DNA of 64,000 bases, from the NCBI GenBank assembly GCA_038230515.1, contig JBBRND010000004.1, positions 125,192-189,191 of the forward strand, given 5' to 3'. The position numbers were made by a program, and so were the translations under genes. The notes below the pieces were generated by a model. It did not search any database and was not told the origin of the DNA. It worked only from the letters and a program-made list of their open reading frames with translations. The stretch comes from Bacteroidia bacterium. GTDB lineage: Bacteria; Bacteroidota; Bacteroidia; AKYH767-A; 2013-40CM-41-45. This document shows, one piece after another, positions 10,572 to 21,310 of this stretch (the first letter of the stretch is position 1; each line of letters starts with the position of its first letter).

Positions 10572-11798
10572 TTAGTTATTATAAATTTCTTTATATATAT
10601 TTTCAGCTATACTGAAATTTCTATACCTGATTGCAAAAGATCTTATTTTTTCCGAAAGTAAAGTCAATTCCTTTTCTTTTAAAAGCAAATCAATTTCTTT
10701 AACAACTGTTAAACAGTTTGAATAGTCAAAGTTAAGCATCACAGAACCTATTCCATTTTCTCGAATAATATCTGAATCATCCGAAATATTTTCAGGTATT
10801 ACCACCGGCAAACCAAGAGCCCAATATTCTCCGTCCTTGATTGGGGTACAATATCTCTTTGCCGGAATTGGCTTTACCGGTGAAATTGCAAAATCACCCA
10901 AACCCATGTAAATCGGTACATCCGCATGAGGAACAAAACGAATAACTAACTTATTCAAATCAAATCCACTTTCAGTACACCAATGCTGAATTTCATGCTT
11001 TTCATGAGAAGTCAGAAGTAGCACTCTGAACTTATCTCCCCAAAAGTCTTCTGCCGCCTTAAAAAAATCAAATACCTCTGTCGTATAATAAATGCCCCCA
11101 AACTTGCCAGCATATACACATACAATTTTTTTGTCAAAACAAAATTGCCTCAAAAGTTCATTATTCTTTCGGTTAACCATACAAAATTTCTCTGTATCTA
11201 CACAAGCGGGTTTTACGTAAAATCTTTTAAATAACACACCATATTTTTCCAAGGCATAATCTCTCATTTTTTTTGTAGCACTAATAATTATGGAAGCCCT
11301 TCTTGACAAAAGTTTTTCAAAAAAGAAAAGCAATTTAAACTGAAAACCATTCTCCTTCCATGTTTGATTTTCTACCATTGCTTCAGCATGCGGCTCATAA
11401 CTATCAATAATAAGAGATCTTCCAGAAAAAACAGATAAAAAATATCCAATAGATCCAGCAGGCGTGCACCATGAATGAATAAATTTAATACTTCGAAAAA
11501 AAATAATCAACAACAAGTAAATACTAATTAGAATCCAGTACAGTACACTAAAAATATTTAATTTTCTATAAGGAATGGTAATTAATCTGATTCCTTTAAG
11601 TAATAGCATTTTTTTTACCTGACTTTTCTCATCAATGCTCATTTTCTGGCCAGTTTGCTCCAAAGTGATTAAAAATATCCTACTTCCTAACGGCAATTGA
11701 TCATATATTATATATAAGTAAGGAAGTGTGTACGCTTGAATTAAAGCTTCTTTATAACTCCAAAATGTAATTATTAATATATTCTTTCTTTTTCCCAT
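10572..11798 (-). CDS. Glycosyltransferase (GT-B, GT4-like)
   Basis: KPACVD, VYAGKFGG, PIKDGEYWALGLPVV. Distal gene of the glycan locus. Confidence 0.8.
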   Translation of the reverse strand: MGKRKNILIITFWSYKEALIQAYTLPYLYIIYDQLPLGSRIFLITLEQTGQKMSIDEKSQVKKMLLLKGIRLITIPYRKLNIFSVLYWILISIYLLLIIFFRSIKFIHSWCTPAGSIGYFLSVFSGRSLIIDSYEPHAEAMVENQTWKENGFQFKLLFFFEKLLSRRASIIISATKKMRDYALEKYGVLFKRFYVKPACVDTEKFCMVNRKNNELLRQFCFDKKIVCVYAGKFGGIYYTTEVFDFFKAAEDFWGDKFRVLLLTSHEKHEIQHWCTESGFDLNKLVIRFVPHADVPIYMGLGDFAISPVKPIPAKRYCTPIKDGEYWALGLPVVIPENISDDSDIIRENGIGSVMLNFDYSNCLTVVKEIDLLLKEKELTLLSEKIRSFAIRYRNFSIAENIYKEIYNN

Positions 11799-11897
11799 GG
11801 AAAAAATTTAAATATCTGATCTTATTTAGTGGGTTATTAATTAAATTTTTGTAAGAGCTGAATTTTACAGCATTGAAACATTATGTTTATTTAAATA

Positions 11898-12830
11898 CTA
11901 TTTTTTAAACATATAAAACATAAGTTCTAATGATTTTCTCCCTATTAAAATTTTAATAAGCAAAACAATATATTTAAGTCTTAATCCTCCTAAATAAATT
12001 GCTCCAATTATAAATCTCAGCCCTGTAATTTGTTGAAAGTCCAAATAACTATGAATTGCACAAAAATAATTTACATGTGCGCTTAATGCCTTTCGTTCAA
12101 TAACATTTAAATTAATATTCGACACGATCCAGGCCATTGCTAGGAAGGTTTTCTCAATTAATAATTCGTTATTCCCGCGCATGGAACGCCTCTCATGATC
12201 CAACATAAGTATCGTTACCTGATCTACCAAATACAGTTTTTGATGTCTTAAATTTTGAAGAAAAAAAACCCAGTCCTCCTTAATAGAATATCGTCTGTCT
12301 TCAAAAAACAAATAAAGTTTTGAATTTGATTTTTTTACACAGACATTACAAGCCAATGGATTTCCCTCTAGAAAAAGTCGGTAATCATAATAGCCTTCTG
12401 GATATTTAACAATTGAAGAGTCTTTTCTTTTATTATTTCTAAGAAATTGAAACTTCGCTGCAATGAAATCAGGGAAATCACATTCTTCTATCTTACTTTT
12501 TAAAACACTCAAATGGTTAGAAGTCAATCGATCGTCAGAGTCCAGAAATACAACATACAGTCCGTTAGATTCTTTAAATCCGCGGTTCCGCGCTGCTGCA
12601 CGTTCCAAATTTTGTTGATTTATTAATCTTACTTTAATATTTAAACAAAAGGTCAATTCCAATTTTTCTCTCGTTCCATCAGTGCTTCCATCATTAACAA
12701 TAATTATTTCAAAATTTTCATACTTTTGATCAAAAATACTTTTTACAGTTTCAATAACTAATTCATATCGATTATATATCGGGATAACAATACTAAAGAA
12801 AGGTAAATTAATATCACAAGGTTTGATCAT
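11898..12830 (-). CDS. Glycosyltransferase family 2
   Basis: FSIVIPIYNR, VNDGSTD, AARNRG, FLDSDD. Confidence 0.9.
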   Translation of the reverse strand: MIKPCDINLPFFSIVIPIYNRYELVIETVKSIFDQKYENFEIIIVNDGSTDGTREKLELTFCLNIKVRLINQQNLERAAARNRGFKESNGLYVVFLDSDDRLTSNHLSVLKSKIEECDFPDFIAAKFQFLRNNKRKDSSIVKYPEGYYDYRLFLEGNPLACNVCVKKSNSKLYLFFEDRRYSIKEDWVFFLQNLRHQKLYLVDQVTILMLDHERRSMRGNNELLIEKTFLAMAWIVSNINLNVIERKALSAHVNYFCAIHSYLDFQQITGLRFIIGAIYLGGLRLKYIVLLIKILIGRKSLELMFYMFKK

Positions 12831-12952
12831 CTGGTAATTCTTCTCATTGGATTAATTATAAATGTTGGAACATAATTATTACACGAAATGAAATAGGTTT
12901 AAGTTGTCTCTCATTGTAAAATTCTAAGTCAGGTTCCCTAGTAAAATTTATA

Positions 12953-13917
12953 GGATTACCCATTTAGTTCGCAAAGTCTAATTTTATTGTAAGGCATTGG
13001 AGACGTTAGCACCGCTTTTTTGATCAGTTTTTGAAAAATATTTTCTCTGCGATTGATGTGAAAATGAAATTCATCTAAGTATTTCTCCAATCGATGCGAA
13101 GAACATTTATGATGAATTCCCCGAAACCAATACTTGATGTTCATAATGTGAATATGCAAGAGCTGAAAATTAGTTCCGCCTTCACTTTTTTTTTGACTCA
13201 CCTTCCAAACTCCTTTCATGGATTCATACCCGTGACATCCATCGGTGGTGATGTCCGCATTCTCATCCAGGTGTGCATGAAAAAAATCTGCAAGTTCCGG
13301 TGCGCTCGAAGCATCAATGGTTTGCGCGTATGCCCTGCCGATGGTTTCTTTTCCTTTTTTATTTGTGACCCACTCAATTCCTAGCACGACCAGTTTTTTC
13401 TTTCCGAGACTGCGTCCGGGCTCGTCTTGCTCAGGTCCGGCTATTACAAATTCATCTACTTCCATTTGTGACTCTAAAGGATGACGACCGCTGCTCTTCA
13501 TGGCTTCCTGTACTTTGGCTTTGAATAGCCATGCACTTTTTTGTTGGCAACCAAACTCACGTGCCAGTTCGCAACTGGACAAGCCTTTCTTTTTTACCAC
13601 GATCCTGAATACCATTTCGAATGCGATTTCCAATCCCAGTTTACACTGATGAAAAAGAGTACCCGCTGTCGCAGATTCATCGTAGGTGCATTTACGGCAT
13701 CTGCAGTAATGCCATTTTCTGCCCTTATGAAACTGATCGTGTCCGCACCGGATACATCGGTAACCAGCGCCCCACTTGAGTTCAACTAAATACTCCAAAC
13801 AAGAGAGTTCTCTTCCAAATCGCTCTTGAAATTCCTTTGACGTGAGTCCTTTTATCATTCTTATTTTTGACGGCTAAACTAACATTTTGATAGCTTTGCG
13901 AAACAACTACATAATCC
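12953..13917 (-). mobile_element. IS1595-family insertion sequence (~965 bp)
   Basis: Imperfect terminal IRs GGATTACCCATTTAGTTCGCAAAG (12953) and GGATTATGTAGTTGTTTCGCAAAG (reverse complement ending 13917). The transposase stop lies inside the IR. No exact direct-repeat TSD seen. Confidence 0.85.
12956..13858 (-). CDS. IS1595-family (ISXO2-like) transposase
   Basis: Zn ribbon CIRC...CRKC, TAGTLFH, HTH (SSCELAREFG), EVDE, TDG, HIHIMNIKYWFRGIHH, YLDEFHF. Confidence 0.92.
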   Translation of the reverse strand: MIKGLTSKEFQERFGRELSCLEYLVELKWGAGYRCIRCGHDQFHKGRKWHYCRCRKCTYDESATAGTLFHQCKLGLEIAFEMVFRIVVKKKGLSSCELAREFGCQQKSAWLFKAKVQEAMKSSGRHPLESQMEVDEFVIAGPEQDEPGRSLGKKKLVVLGIEWVTNKKGKETIGRAYAQTIDASSAPELADFFHAHLDENADITTDGCHGYESMKGVWKVSQKKSEGGTNFQLLHIHIMNIKYWFRGIHHKCSSHRLEKYLDEFHFHINRRENIFQKLIKKAVLTSPMPYNKIRLCELNG

Positions 13918-14110
13918 TAAAAATTTAATATTCTCCTAGTATGCAATTTTCTATCAAAGGCATAATGCATTTGAATCATTAAATCGAGATAATTTAACAC
14001 AATTTTTTAAAAAGTCTCGTGATCAAAAATCAAGCTATGTTTATACAAATAATCGCTTCCTCCCAATAAATCATATTCCTTGAAGACATCATAATATGCC
14101 TCTCCTCCAT

Positions 14111-14790
14111 TCACAAAGCGCAGAAAATTCGAGAATACATTAATCCACTCCATTCTAAATGAAGTCTGCTGGGAGACGTATTGCTGAACCTTCGCAATCT
14201 ATATTTCGAAATAATTTCATTTGTAGCAACAATTTCGTAATTCAGTATTGTCTTTACAAGAAGATCATAATCCATTACAAAGTTGAGATTCTCATTTAAA
14301 AATCCTTGCTCTTTTAAAAGATGTCTTCTGAAAAAAGAAGAAGGTTGTAGAAATGTAATTTTTGAAAAACACCTAATCCATAAATCCTTAGAACTAGCAC
14401 CACTAATCTTTTCTTTTTTTTTCATTAAATAGAATTTATTTACCATAAATCATTGTAACATTAAAATCATTCCGAAAAAGTGCAGCAACTTTTTATGAGC
14501 ATCGGATGTATAAAGATCATCACTACAAAGCCACCCGATAACATCTCCCGAGGACAGCTTTATCCCTTCATTAATTGCATAACTTTGTCCGCTATCTGGC
14601 TCACTAACCCAATATTTAATCTTGCTTTGATACTTGCGCATAATATCAATCGAGTTATCAGAACTCCCACCATCAATAATAATATATTCCAAGTTAAGAT
14701 AATCTTGACCTAATACTGAATTAATCGTTTCGTCACTAAACTGCCATTGATTAAAGGACGGAGTTATTATTGAAATTTAGGGTAAATCAT
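14111..14790 (-). pseudogene. Frameshifted glycosyltransferase family 2
   Basis: ATG at 14790 gives MIYPK, then a frameshift to IITPSFNQ...LEYIIIDGGSSDNS...SEPDSGQSYAINEG...WLCSDD, then another shift to LQPSSFFRR...MDYDL. Decays toward the IS. Confidence 0.85.
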
Positions 14791-14796
14791 AAAAAC

Positions 14797-15681
14797 TTAA
14801 ACCTATTTATTTTGATCCCAGGCTTGAATTGAATCTCCAAGTTTGGTAATACTAAAGAGTCCATTTGCACTGCTTTTTAGAATTTTTAATGCGCAAGACG
14901 ACTCTCTTTGTTGTCCTAACATCTGGTCTGTATTCCTAATCTCGCCTGTAGAATTTATTTCCTCATTCCCCTTTGATGTAAAGTTTGAAATAAGACGCCA
15001 AGGGCTAACTCTTCTCTCATTAATGATAATTTTTCAAAACCGTTTTCTTAAACAGCTTAGTGATAGTTGTAGTTGTATAGTAGGCAAGATGTTCAGGATA
15101 ACAAATCACATTCAAGTTAATCCAAGAATTCTTCTGGAAAAAGCATTGAAATTGGGTGTAGTAATAAAAATAATTCCACCAGGCCCTCAAAGAGAAACCA
15201 CATTTTTGATCTCGTCCATCAAATTATTGATGTGTTCAATTACTTTAATATAGGTAATCACATCAAATGATTCCAACTCGTAATTAGTTGAATCTAATTT
15301 CCCTTTATACATATTTAATCCTTTCTTCGAACATTGGTTAATCTATTTGTCTGCATATTCAATTCACGCACATCCCAATTTTTAGTCATAGCATGAAAAA
15401 GTAAATGCCCGTTACCACACCTGACCTCTAGGAACCGATTTGCCCTTCGAAATTTTTCAAATTCTTCAATCCATTCGTCATGTCTGCTTAATATGATTTG
15501 ATTTACATAATCATAGTCTGTATAATCCATTTAGTATCCTTAAGTTGTTTTCCTCCGGAATCCATTGGCTGAAAACAAAGTGATAATCTACTCATTTAAG
15601 CAGTCACGACTTTTTAGCTTTATTCAAGAGCATAAGATACTCACTATTGCAAATTAAACAATGCGTAATTTTATTTACCAT
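14797..15681 (-). pseudogene. Degraded class I SAM-dependent methyltransferase
   Basis: Fragments MVNKITHCLICNS, RFLEVRCGNGHLL, FDVITYIKVIEHI and GPGGIIFITTPN are separated by stops and frameshifts. Confidence 0.75.
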
Positions 15682-15758
15682 AGCATTACTTAAATAATAT
15701 TTTGAACTTTTGACTTGTCTCTGTTTAAGACCTAATTCTATTATATTTTGAAATTTTT

Positions 15759-17057
15759 TCAATCAATTTGCTTATTGAAAAATTTGTCTTTTTCTATTTG
15801 ACTGTTTTCAACTAAGTTAATACTTTTAAAGTTATTCCAATATTTATATTTGAATGTATCATGATATAGGTTCAAATATTCTTGACATGCAACAGCAAGA
15901 GAAAACTTTTTCTGAACGCGAATCTTAGCCAACAAACCTTTTTCATGGGCCTTATCTAAATTAGATAGTGCTTCATTAATCTTTTGCAAACATTCATCCT
16001 TACTCTTAGGATCAAAAAGATAGCCGCATGTTTCGTCAAGCATTTCTGAAATTCCACCGACATTGGAACTGATAACACAAACTCCGCAAGACATAGCTTC
16101 TAAAAGAGTAAGTGGAAAATTTTCAGCAAGCGATGGAAAAATGAGAAAATCTACTTCATTATAAAGTTCACTTAACACTTCTCTGCTTTCAATATAATTT
16201 ACAAAATAAGATGAAGACTTTGCTTTCAATTTCTCTCCCACAATATAAAGCTCAAAATCGACAGAAACCTTAGTTAAAATTTCGGCGAAAACTTGTGACC
16301 CTTTAAAAGGATTAACTAAGTTAAAAAAAAGCAACCTCGGTTTACTCCATAAGCGCTTATTTTTATTAACAAAAATATTAGTATCAATGCCATTGTGAAT
16401 AACTTGCAGACGCAAATGAGAATTGTAAACAAATGCTTGTTTGAAATTGCTATTGAGCCAATGGCTGACAGGAACAAAAATAATTGACTGATATATTTTT
16501 TCGTAAATATATTTCTTCTTTTCCAAAAAATACTGTCGTCGGTCTAAAATTGGGTTGAGTAATGGATAGATATTGATGTATGGAGTAGTTGCAATCCCTT
16601 TTTTGTAATTTTCGTTTTCAAACGTGTGTGCCTCACCTCCAGTGATTGCCCACATATCATGAAGTGTCCAGATAATTTTTTTTTCATTCGCGATTTTTTC
16701 AAGCGTTATAAAATCGAAAAAACCGCCATGAATATTGTGCAAATGAATGACGTTAGCTTCGCGATACTCCTTAAGTTTGATCAGTTTTTCATAGGTATAA
16801 TTAAACTCATTGTCCAAAGTAAGTAGGGTTCTTATTGGAGTACGCATTCCTAAACGCCAATTCACTTTATCAATGAGAAAAAAGAGCCAGTCAACATAAT
16901 TTTTTTTTAGTTTGATGACCTTGCTATTCCCTGAATGCCTTTTTAATGTTACCAAATGACAGCCTGCATCCAATTGAGAAATAAGATCAATTGCTACTTG
17001 TGATGCCCCGCCCTGTGTGTCCAGAGTATTAATATGAAGAACTTTCAAATTTCCCAT
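15759..17057 (-). CDS. Glycosyltransferase family 4 (WcaC-like)
   Basis: GGA, IHLHNIHG, WTLHDMW, IHNGID, PSLAENFPLTLLEAMSCG, VGGISE. Confidence 0.9.
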   Translation of the reverse strand: MGNLKVLHINTLDTQGGASQVAIDLISQLDAGCHLVTLKRHSGNSKVIKLKKNYVDWLFFLIDKVNWRLGMRTPIRTLLTLDNEFNYTYEKLIKLKEYREANVIHLHNIHGGFFDFITLEKIANEKKIIWTLHDMWAITGGEAHTFENENYKKGIATTPYINIYPLLNPILDRRQYFLEKKKYIYEKIYQSIIFVPVSHWLNSNFKQAFVYNSHLRLQVIHNGIDTNIFVNKNKRLWSKPRLLFFNLVNPFKGSQVFAEILTKVSVDFELYIVGEKLKAKSSSYFVNYIESREVLSELYNEVDFLIFPSLAENFPLTLLEAMSCGVCVISSNVGGISEMLDETCGYLFDPKSKDECLQKINEALSNLDKAHEKGLLAKIRVQKKFSLAVACQEYLNLYHDTFKYKYWNNFKSINLVENSQIEKDKFFNKQID

Positions 17058-17059
17058 AG

Positions 17060-17980
17060 TTATAGCCGGTTTGCGATTCTAGTTAGTTTACCAACAATTC
17101 GTTGCAAAATACTTTTCTTGCCGTTTAAGGTCCTATAGAATTTCTCAATAAGAATCCGGGCATTATTGCTTTGGTATATAATATTTTTTGACAATTCAAC
17201 TTTATCGGCCAGATTTTGTAAATCATAAATTAAGGTTTGATCGCTATGTTCACCAGAGCCATCATTTCCAGTATTTAGCACTAAGGTCGGAAAAGGATGA
17301 AGAGTCAAGCCGTTTTTCAAGAATACGCTTGTCTGCCATTTTATAGCCCAAGTTTTTATATGTCCGGTAGTATTAGCCACTAAGTGGTTGTAAAAAGGTG
17401 CAGCACCGTTGAAGGTAAATTCAGACATTCTACCTGATTGTTCAAGTCCGTCAAGTAATGCTTCTGCAGAAGGGATGTAAAAATCCCACGCCCGTTTCCA
17501 TGTGGCCCATCCCCAGCATGTAGTGATGCCAAGAAAAAAAGAGGGAGGCAATTTTCCCTTCACTGGATACATATAGCCAGAAATGTGCATAACCTTTTCT
17601 TCCTCACTATACATATTCAAAGCATTATTCATATAGGTCAAAAAAAATGGTGATAGTATCAAATCATCCTCAAGAACAATGACTTTATCATATCTCTTTA
17701 AAATGTCTGTAACTCCCTCAATAATAGAATCGGCAAGCCCTTTGTTAGTTTTATGCTCAACTATTGAAACTTTTAGTGTCCATTTTTCTTTTCGTATTAT
17801 CCTTCTCACTTCTGCAATTGATTGTAACATTTCTTCATCGGCATTTGTTTTAGGCCCGTCACAATAAATAAACAATTCCGATTGCTCATGGAACGGATTA
17901 TTAAGCAAACTTCTTAGCAATTTGCAAGTATGGAGCGGGCGATTGTAAACAAATAATATTATGGGGGCTGGAGAAAACAT
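17060..17980 (-). CDS. Glycosyltransferase family 2/GT-A
   Basis: APIILFVYNRP, VLEDD, CWGWATW, NTGNDGSG. ATG at 17980. Confidence 0.85.
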   Translation of the reverse strand: MFSPAPIILFVYNRPLHTCKLLRSLLNNPFHEQSELFIYCDGPKTNADEEMLQSIAEVRRIIRKEKWTLKVSIVEHKTNKGLADSIIEGVTDILKRYDKVIVLEDDLILSPFFLTYMNNALNMYSEEEKVMHISGYMYPVKGKLPPSFFLGITTCWGWATWKRAWDFYIPSAEALLDGLEQSGRMSEFTFNGAAPFYNHLVANTTGHIKTWAIKWQTSVFLKNGLTLHPFPTLVLNTGNDGSGEHSDQTLIYDLQNLADKVELSKNIIYQSNNARILIEKFYRTLNGKKSILQRIVGKLTRIANRL

Positions 17981-18000
17981 TTCAGACAGGCAATTCAAGA

Positions 18001-19089
18001 TTAAAATTTATTCATTACCTCACACACTTTTAAAATTTCCTCTTCTGAATGAAAGTAAGAAATGGGTAAACTTAAAATACAACTATGAATTTCATCACTG
18101 ACCGGAAACTTTTGTCCGCTGAAAAAAATCTTTAGCGCATTTTGCTGATAAGGCGCAAGTGGATAGTGAATTTCTGTTTTTATTCCGTTTTCATATAAAT
18201 ACTTTTTCAATAAATCGCGCCTTGCATGTCGAATTGCATAGATGTGATATACATCAGAATAGTCCGGATGAATAGCTGGTTTAATAAAGCATTCTTTCAA
18301 AAAACCATTATAAATGGCTGCCAATTTCTTTTTGTGCACTATAATTTTATTTAATTTCTTCAATTTTATTTGAAGGAATGCCGCCTGGATTTCATCCAGT
18401 CGTGAATTGAATCCTATAATTTCATTATAATATTTTTTATCCGATCCGTAATTCCTCAGTCGTTTTAGTGCATGCGCATATTCATCCTCGTTGGTCACAA
18501 CAGCTCCTGCATCACCAAGCGCCCCTAGATTTTTTGTGGGATAAAAACTGTATGCCCCGAAGTGTCCGAAAGAACCAGCAATCTTATTCTTATAAGTTGC
18601 ACCGTGCGCCTGAGCGCAATCTTCAATAGTGAATAATTTATATTTTTTAGCTATTTCAACAATGCTTTTCATATCACAAACTTTACCATAGAGATGAACC
18701 GGCATAATGGCAAGTGTTCTTTTGGATATATGCTCTTCAATTTTTAATGGGTCGAGATTGTATGTATTAATATCCGGTTCAACCAGTACAGGTTTTAATC
18801 CCGCATTGATAATGGAAAGGATGCTGGCGACATAAGCGTTAGAGGCAACTATGACTTCGGTTTTCTCTTTTGAATAATCAATTGCTTTGAGAGAAAGAAA
18901 GAGGGCGTCCAAACCGGACGCAACACCTATACAATGCTGCATCCTGCAAGTTTCCGCGAACGATTGTTCGAAAAGTTCCACCTGTTTGCCAAGTATAAAC
19001 CATCCGCTTGATATTACTTCCTCGAATGCAGTTTTGTATTCGTTAATGAATTCTTTATTAAATAAATATAAGTTCTCGTACTCTATCAT
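18001..19089 (-). CDS. fdtB: DegT/DnrJ/EryC1 sugar aminotransferase (FdtB/QdtB-like)
   Basis: SGLDAL, PVHLYG, EDCAQAHG, SFYPTKNLGALGDAG, NSRLDEIQAA. Follows an fdtA-like gene. Confidence 0.8.
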   Translation of the reverse strand: MIEYENLYLFNKEFINEYKTAFEEVISSGWFILGKQVELFEQSFAETCRMQHCIGVASGLDALFLSLKAIDYSKEKTEVIVASNAYVASILSIINAGLKPVLVEPDINTYNLDPLKIEEHISKRTLAIMPVHLYGKVCDMKSIVEIAKKYKLFTIEDCAQAHGATYKNKIAGSFGHFGAYSFYPTKNLGALGDAGAVVTNEDEYAHALKRLRNYGSDKKYYNEIIGFNSRLDEIQAAFLQIKLKKLNKIIVHKKKLAAIYNGFLKECFIKPAIHPDYSDVYHIYAIRHARRDLLKKYLYENGIKTEIHYPLAPYQQNALKIFFSGQKFPVSDEIHSCILSLPISYFHSEEEILKVCEVMNKF

Positions 19090-19454
19090 TATTTATATGG
19101 TTCAAAAATATAATCTGTCCGGTCAAAATTTTCTGACGCAATCACAAGTAAGATCGCATCAGGGGTGAATTCCCGCATACTGTGCCAGTCTTTTGGAAGT
19201 ACAATAAGGCATTGGTCGGGTTTAGAAAGAAAAATTGTTTCTTCTTTTTCTCCGTCATCAAGGTAGATTCTACAACTTCCCTGTATGCAAATGATGGCCT
19301 GAATCGTTGAATGATGGCGATGTTTGCCTCGTACCGAATCATCAACTCCGTAGATATAAAATACCCTCTTAACATCAAAGGGCAATACTTTTTCTATCAC
19401 GGTAAGATTTCCTTTCGCTTCACTAAATGTAGTTAACTGGATTAGTTTTGCCAA
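19089..19454 (-). CDS. fdtA: dTDP-6-deoxy-3,4-keto-hexulose isomerase (FdtA/QdtA cupin)
   Basis: GNLTVIE..PFDVKRVFYIY, RGKHRH, WHSM, LLVIAS..DYI. Confidence 0.85.
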   Translation of the reverse strand: MAKLIQLTTFSEAKGNLTVIEKVLPFDVKRVFYIYGVDDSVRGKHRHHSTIQAIICIQGSCRIYLDDGEKEETIFLSKPDQCLIVLPKDWHSMREFTPDAILLVIASENFDRTDYIFEPYK

Positions 19455-19484
19455 TGGATGATTTTATAAATAAATTATTTCTCC

Positions 19485-20477
19485 TTACAATTCTGCTTTG
19501 CCACCTGTAAGAATTCGTTTTACCTTACTCTCAAGTTTTCGATGGCGGGTAATTAAAGCGTGTATATTCAATCCTTCTCCAAAAAATTTTAGCTCATTAC
19601 CCGATCTCAATAGATGAGTAAGATAAGGCGTGTACACCTGATCAATAAATTCTTTGGAAATTTTGTAATAACTGTAATTAAGAATCCGGTTTTTAAATAT
19701 TGCAATATTGAATAGCGAGTAAATCTCTTCACTGATTGTTAATCCATGAAAATGAAAAAAAATCATCTCCCACTGAAGGTCAGTTTTTTTTTCTTGTACA
19801 ATAAATTTATTTTGGCTCCTTTTCAGATCGAATTTCTCGGCATTCCACGGAGCTACACCGGCACCTCTGTTTTTAAGTACATACACTTTTTCAAATCGTT
19901 CTGTCCAGTCGTCAAGGTATTTCTGATCCCCGAATTTTCCATCCTCAGCGCGTTGATAGCACCATTCATTACAAGCATTGCGCCACCATTGAAGAGCTTT
20001 TAGACCAACACTCTCATTGCGAAAAGTCATGAACTGCACACAATATTTTCCACTCTTCTCTGTCAAATCATATTGACGAGAGTAGTTGTGTTCAGTGAGT
20101 AAAATGGAATTTAATTCCATTTCTTCAACCAACACTTTGGGATCTGAATAAAAATAAAGATCGGCATCAATGTAGGTGCAATGATCTATATCAAATTTTT
20201 TAAGTGAGTATAAAACGATGGATGGGGTACAAGTCCAACAATATTCAGTTGAAGAACGTGTTTTTTTTACTTCCAAAAGTTCCGGATCTTCGAACTCACC
20301 AAGAGAAATTATTGTGGCCGAAGGAAGGTCAAGTTCAAGAAGTATTTTGTTCGACAACTCATCAAAAGCAAATATGAAGAGATGAAAATCAGAGGCACAA
20401 TGAACAAGAGACTCATACATGGCCATTGCACGTGACAGGTACCTGGAGTCAAAAAGGGTGCAGTAATTGTATTTCAT
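19485..20477 (-). CDS. Glycosyltransferase (GT-A fold)
   Basis: CTLFDSRYL, EYCWTCTP, YIDADLYF, FGDQKYLD, APWN, FFHFHG. Confidence 0.75.
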   Translation of the reverse strand: MKYNYCTLFDSRYLSRAMAMYESLVHCASDFHLFIFAFDELSNKILLELDLPSATIISLGEFEDPELLEVKKTRSSTEYCWTCTPSIVLYSLKKFDIDHCTYIDADLYFYSDPKVLVEEMELNSILLTEHNYSRQYDLTEKSGKYCVQFMTFRNESVGLKALQWWRNACNEWCYQRAEDGKFGDQKYLDDWTERFEKVYVLKNRGAGVAPWNAEKFDLKRSQNKFIVQEKKTDLQWEMIFFHFHGLTISEEIYSLFNIAIFKNRILNYSYYKISKEFIDQVYTPYLTHLLRSGNELKFFGEGLNIHALITRHRKLESKVKRILTGGKAEL

Positions 20478-21310
20478 TTTTTCTTCTCCAATATAAATCC
20501 TTTGTAAAAGGCATCTGAGGATTGACTTAATTTGGCAAGCATTCCGTTATAACAATCAAACTCAGTAAGTAGCAAAAAATTATTACTAAACAAATTCTTT
20601 AATCCTGAATAACTGAATATTCTTATTGGATAACTTGCTTTGTAAATATGATCAGGAACGAACTGTATACGCACCTGGTCTTCTTCTTCATTCGTGCAAA
20701 GGGTTTTGTTTACAATGATATAAGTTGAGTTCAATTGCACGAGTAGTTGAACATTCTTTTTGAGATCGGGTAGGTACTGAAGAACTGACGAGAGAATAAT
20801 AACATCAGGTTTGTTCGAAGCTGTTGCATCTTCAATCGATGTGAAGAATTTAAGTTCCTTGTTTTCAAAGTTTTCTTTTCCTGTTTTTACATAATTCGGT
20901 TGTTCAACTATGCTCCATTCAACTTGTATTCCATTTCCAAGAAATTTGCGATGCTGAAAGTATATAGTGCCAAGCGAACCACCAAAATCCAACACTCGAA
21001 GTGTTCCTTTGTTTATGAAAAGGGTTTTAAAAAGCAACGACAGAACCGGGAAATCGAACTCCGGTTTTGTGAAAAGAATGGAGTCTCGTTCAAATGCAGC
21101 TTCTCCGTTTTTTACTTTTAGCATTGACTCTTTTACTTTTTCAAGAATTTCTGAAGATTGGTACCCTCCTGATTTTTTTTCAGCTTCAGACCACGACTTG
21201 CAACGATCGGAAAATTTGTTGTCACCATTATCAGGTGAAGAAAATTTTCTCCAGGCCGGAAGAAGCACCGATGGGATAAACAACTTTGCAACTTCTTTAA
21301 TCCAATTCAT
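20474..21310 (-). CDS. Putative methyltransferase (TIGR04325-like)
   Basis: AFERDS, VLDFGGSLG, WSIVEQ, SSVLQY, ASYP. Confidence 0.75.
   Translation of the reverse strand: MNWIKEVAKLFIPSVLLPAWRKFSSPDNGDNKFSDRCKSWSEAEKKSGGYQSSEILEKVKESMLKVKNGEAAFERDSILFTKPEFDFPVLSLLFKTLFINKGTLRVLDFGGSLGTIYFQHRKFLGNGIQVEWSIVEQPNYVKTGKENFENKELKFFTSIEDATASNKPDVIILSSVLQYLPDLKKNVQLLVQLNSTYIIVNKTLCTNEEEDQVRIQFVPDHIYKASYPIRIFSYSGLKNLFSNNFLLLTEFDCYNGMLAKLSQSSDAFYKGFILEKKK

Noticed and set aside
14843-15253. 136-aa plus-strand ORF
   Set aside because: It is the antisense shadow of the methyltransferase pseudogene.
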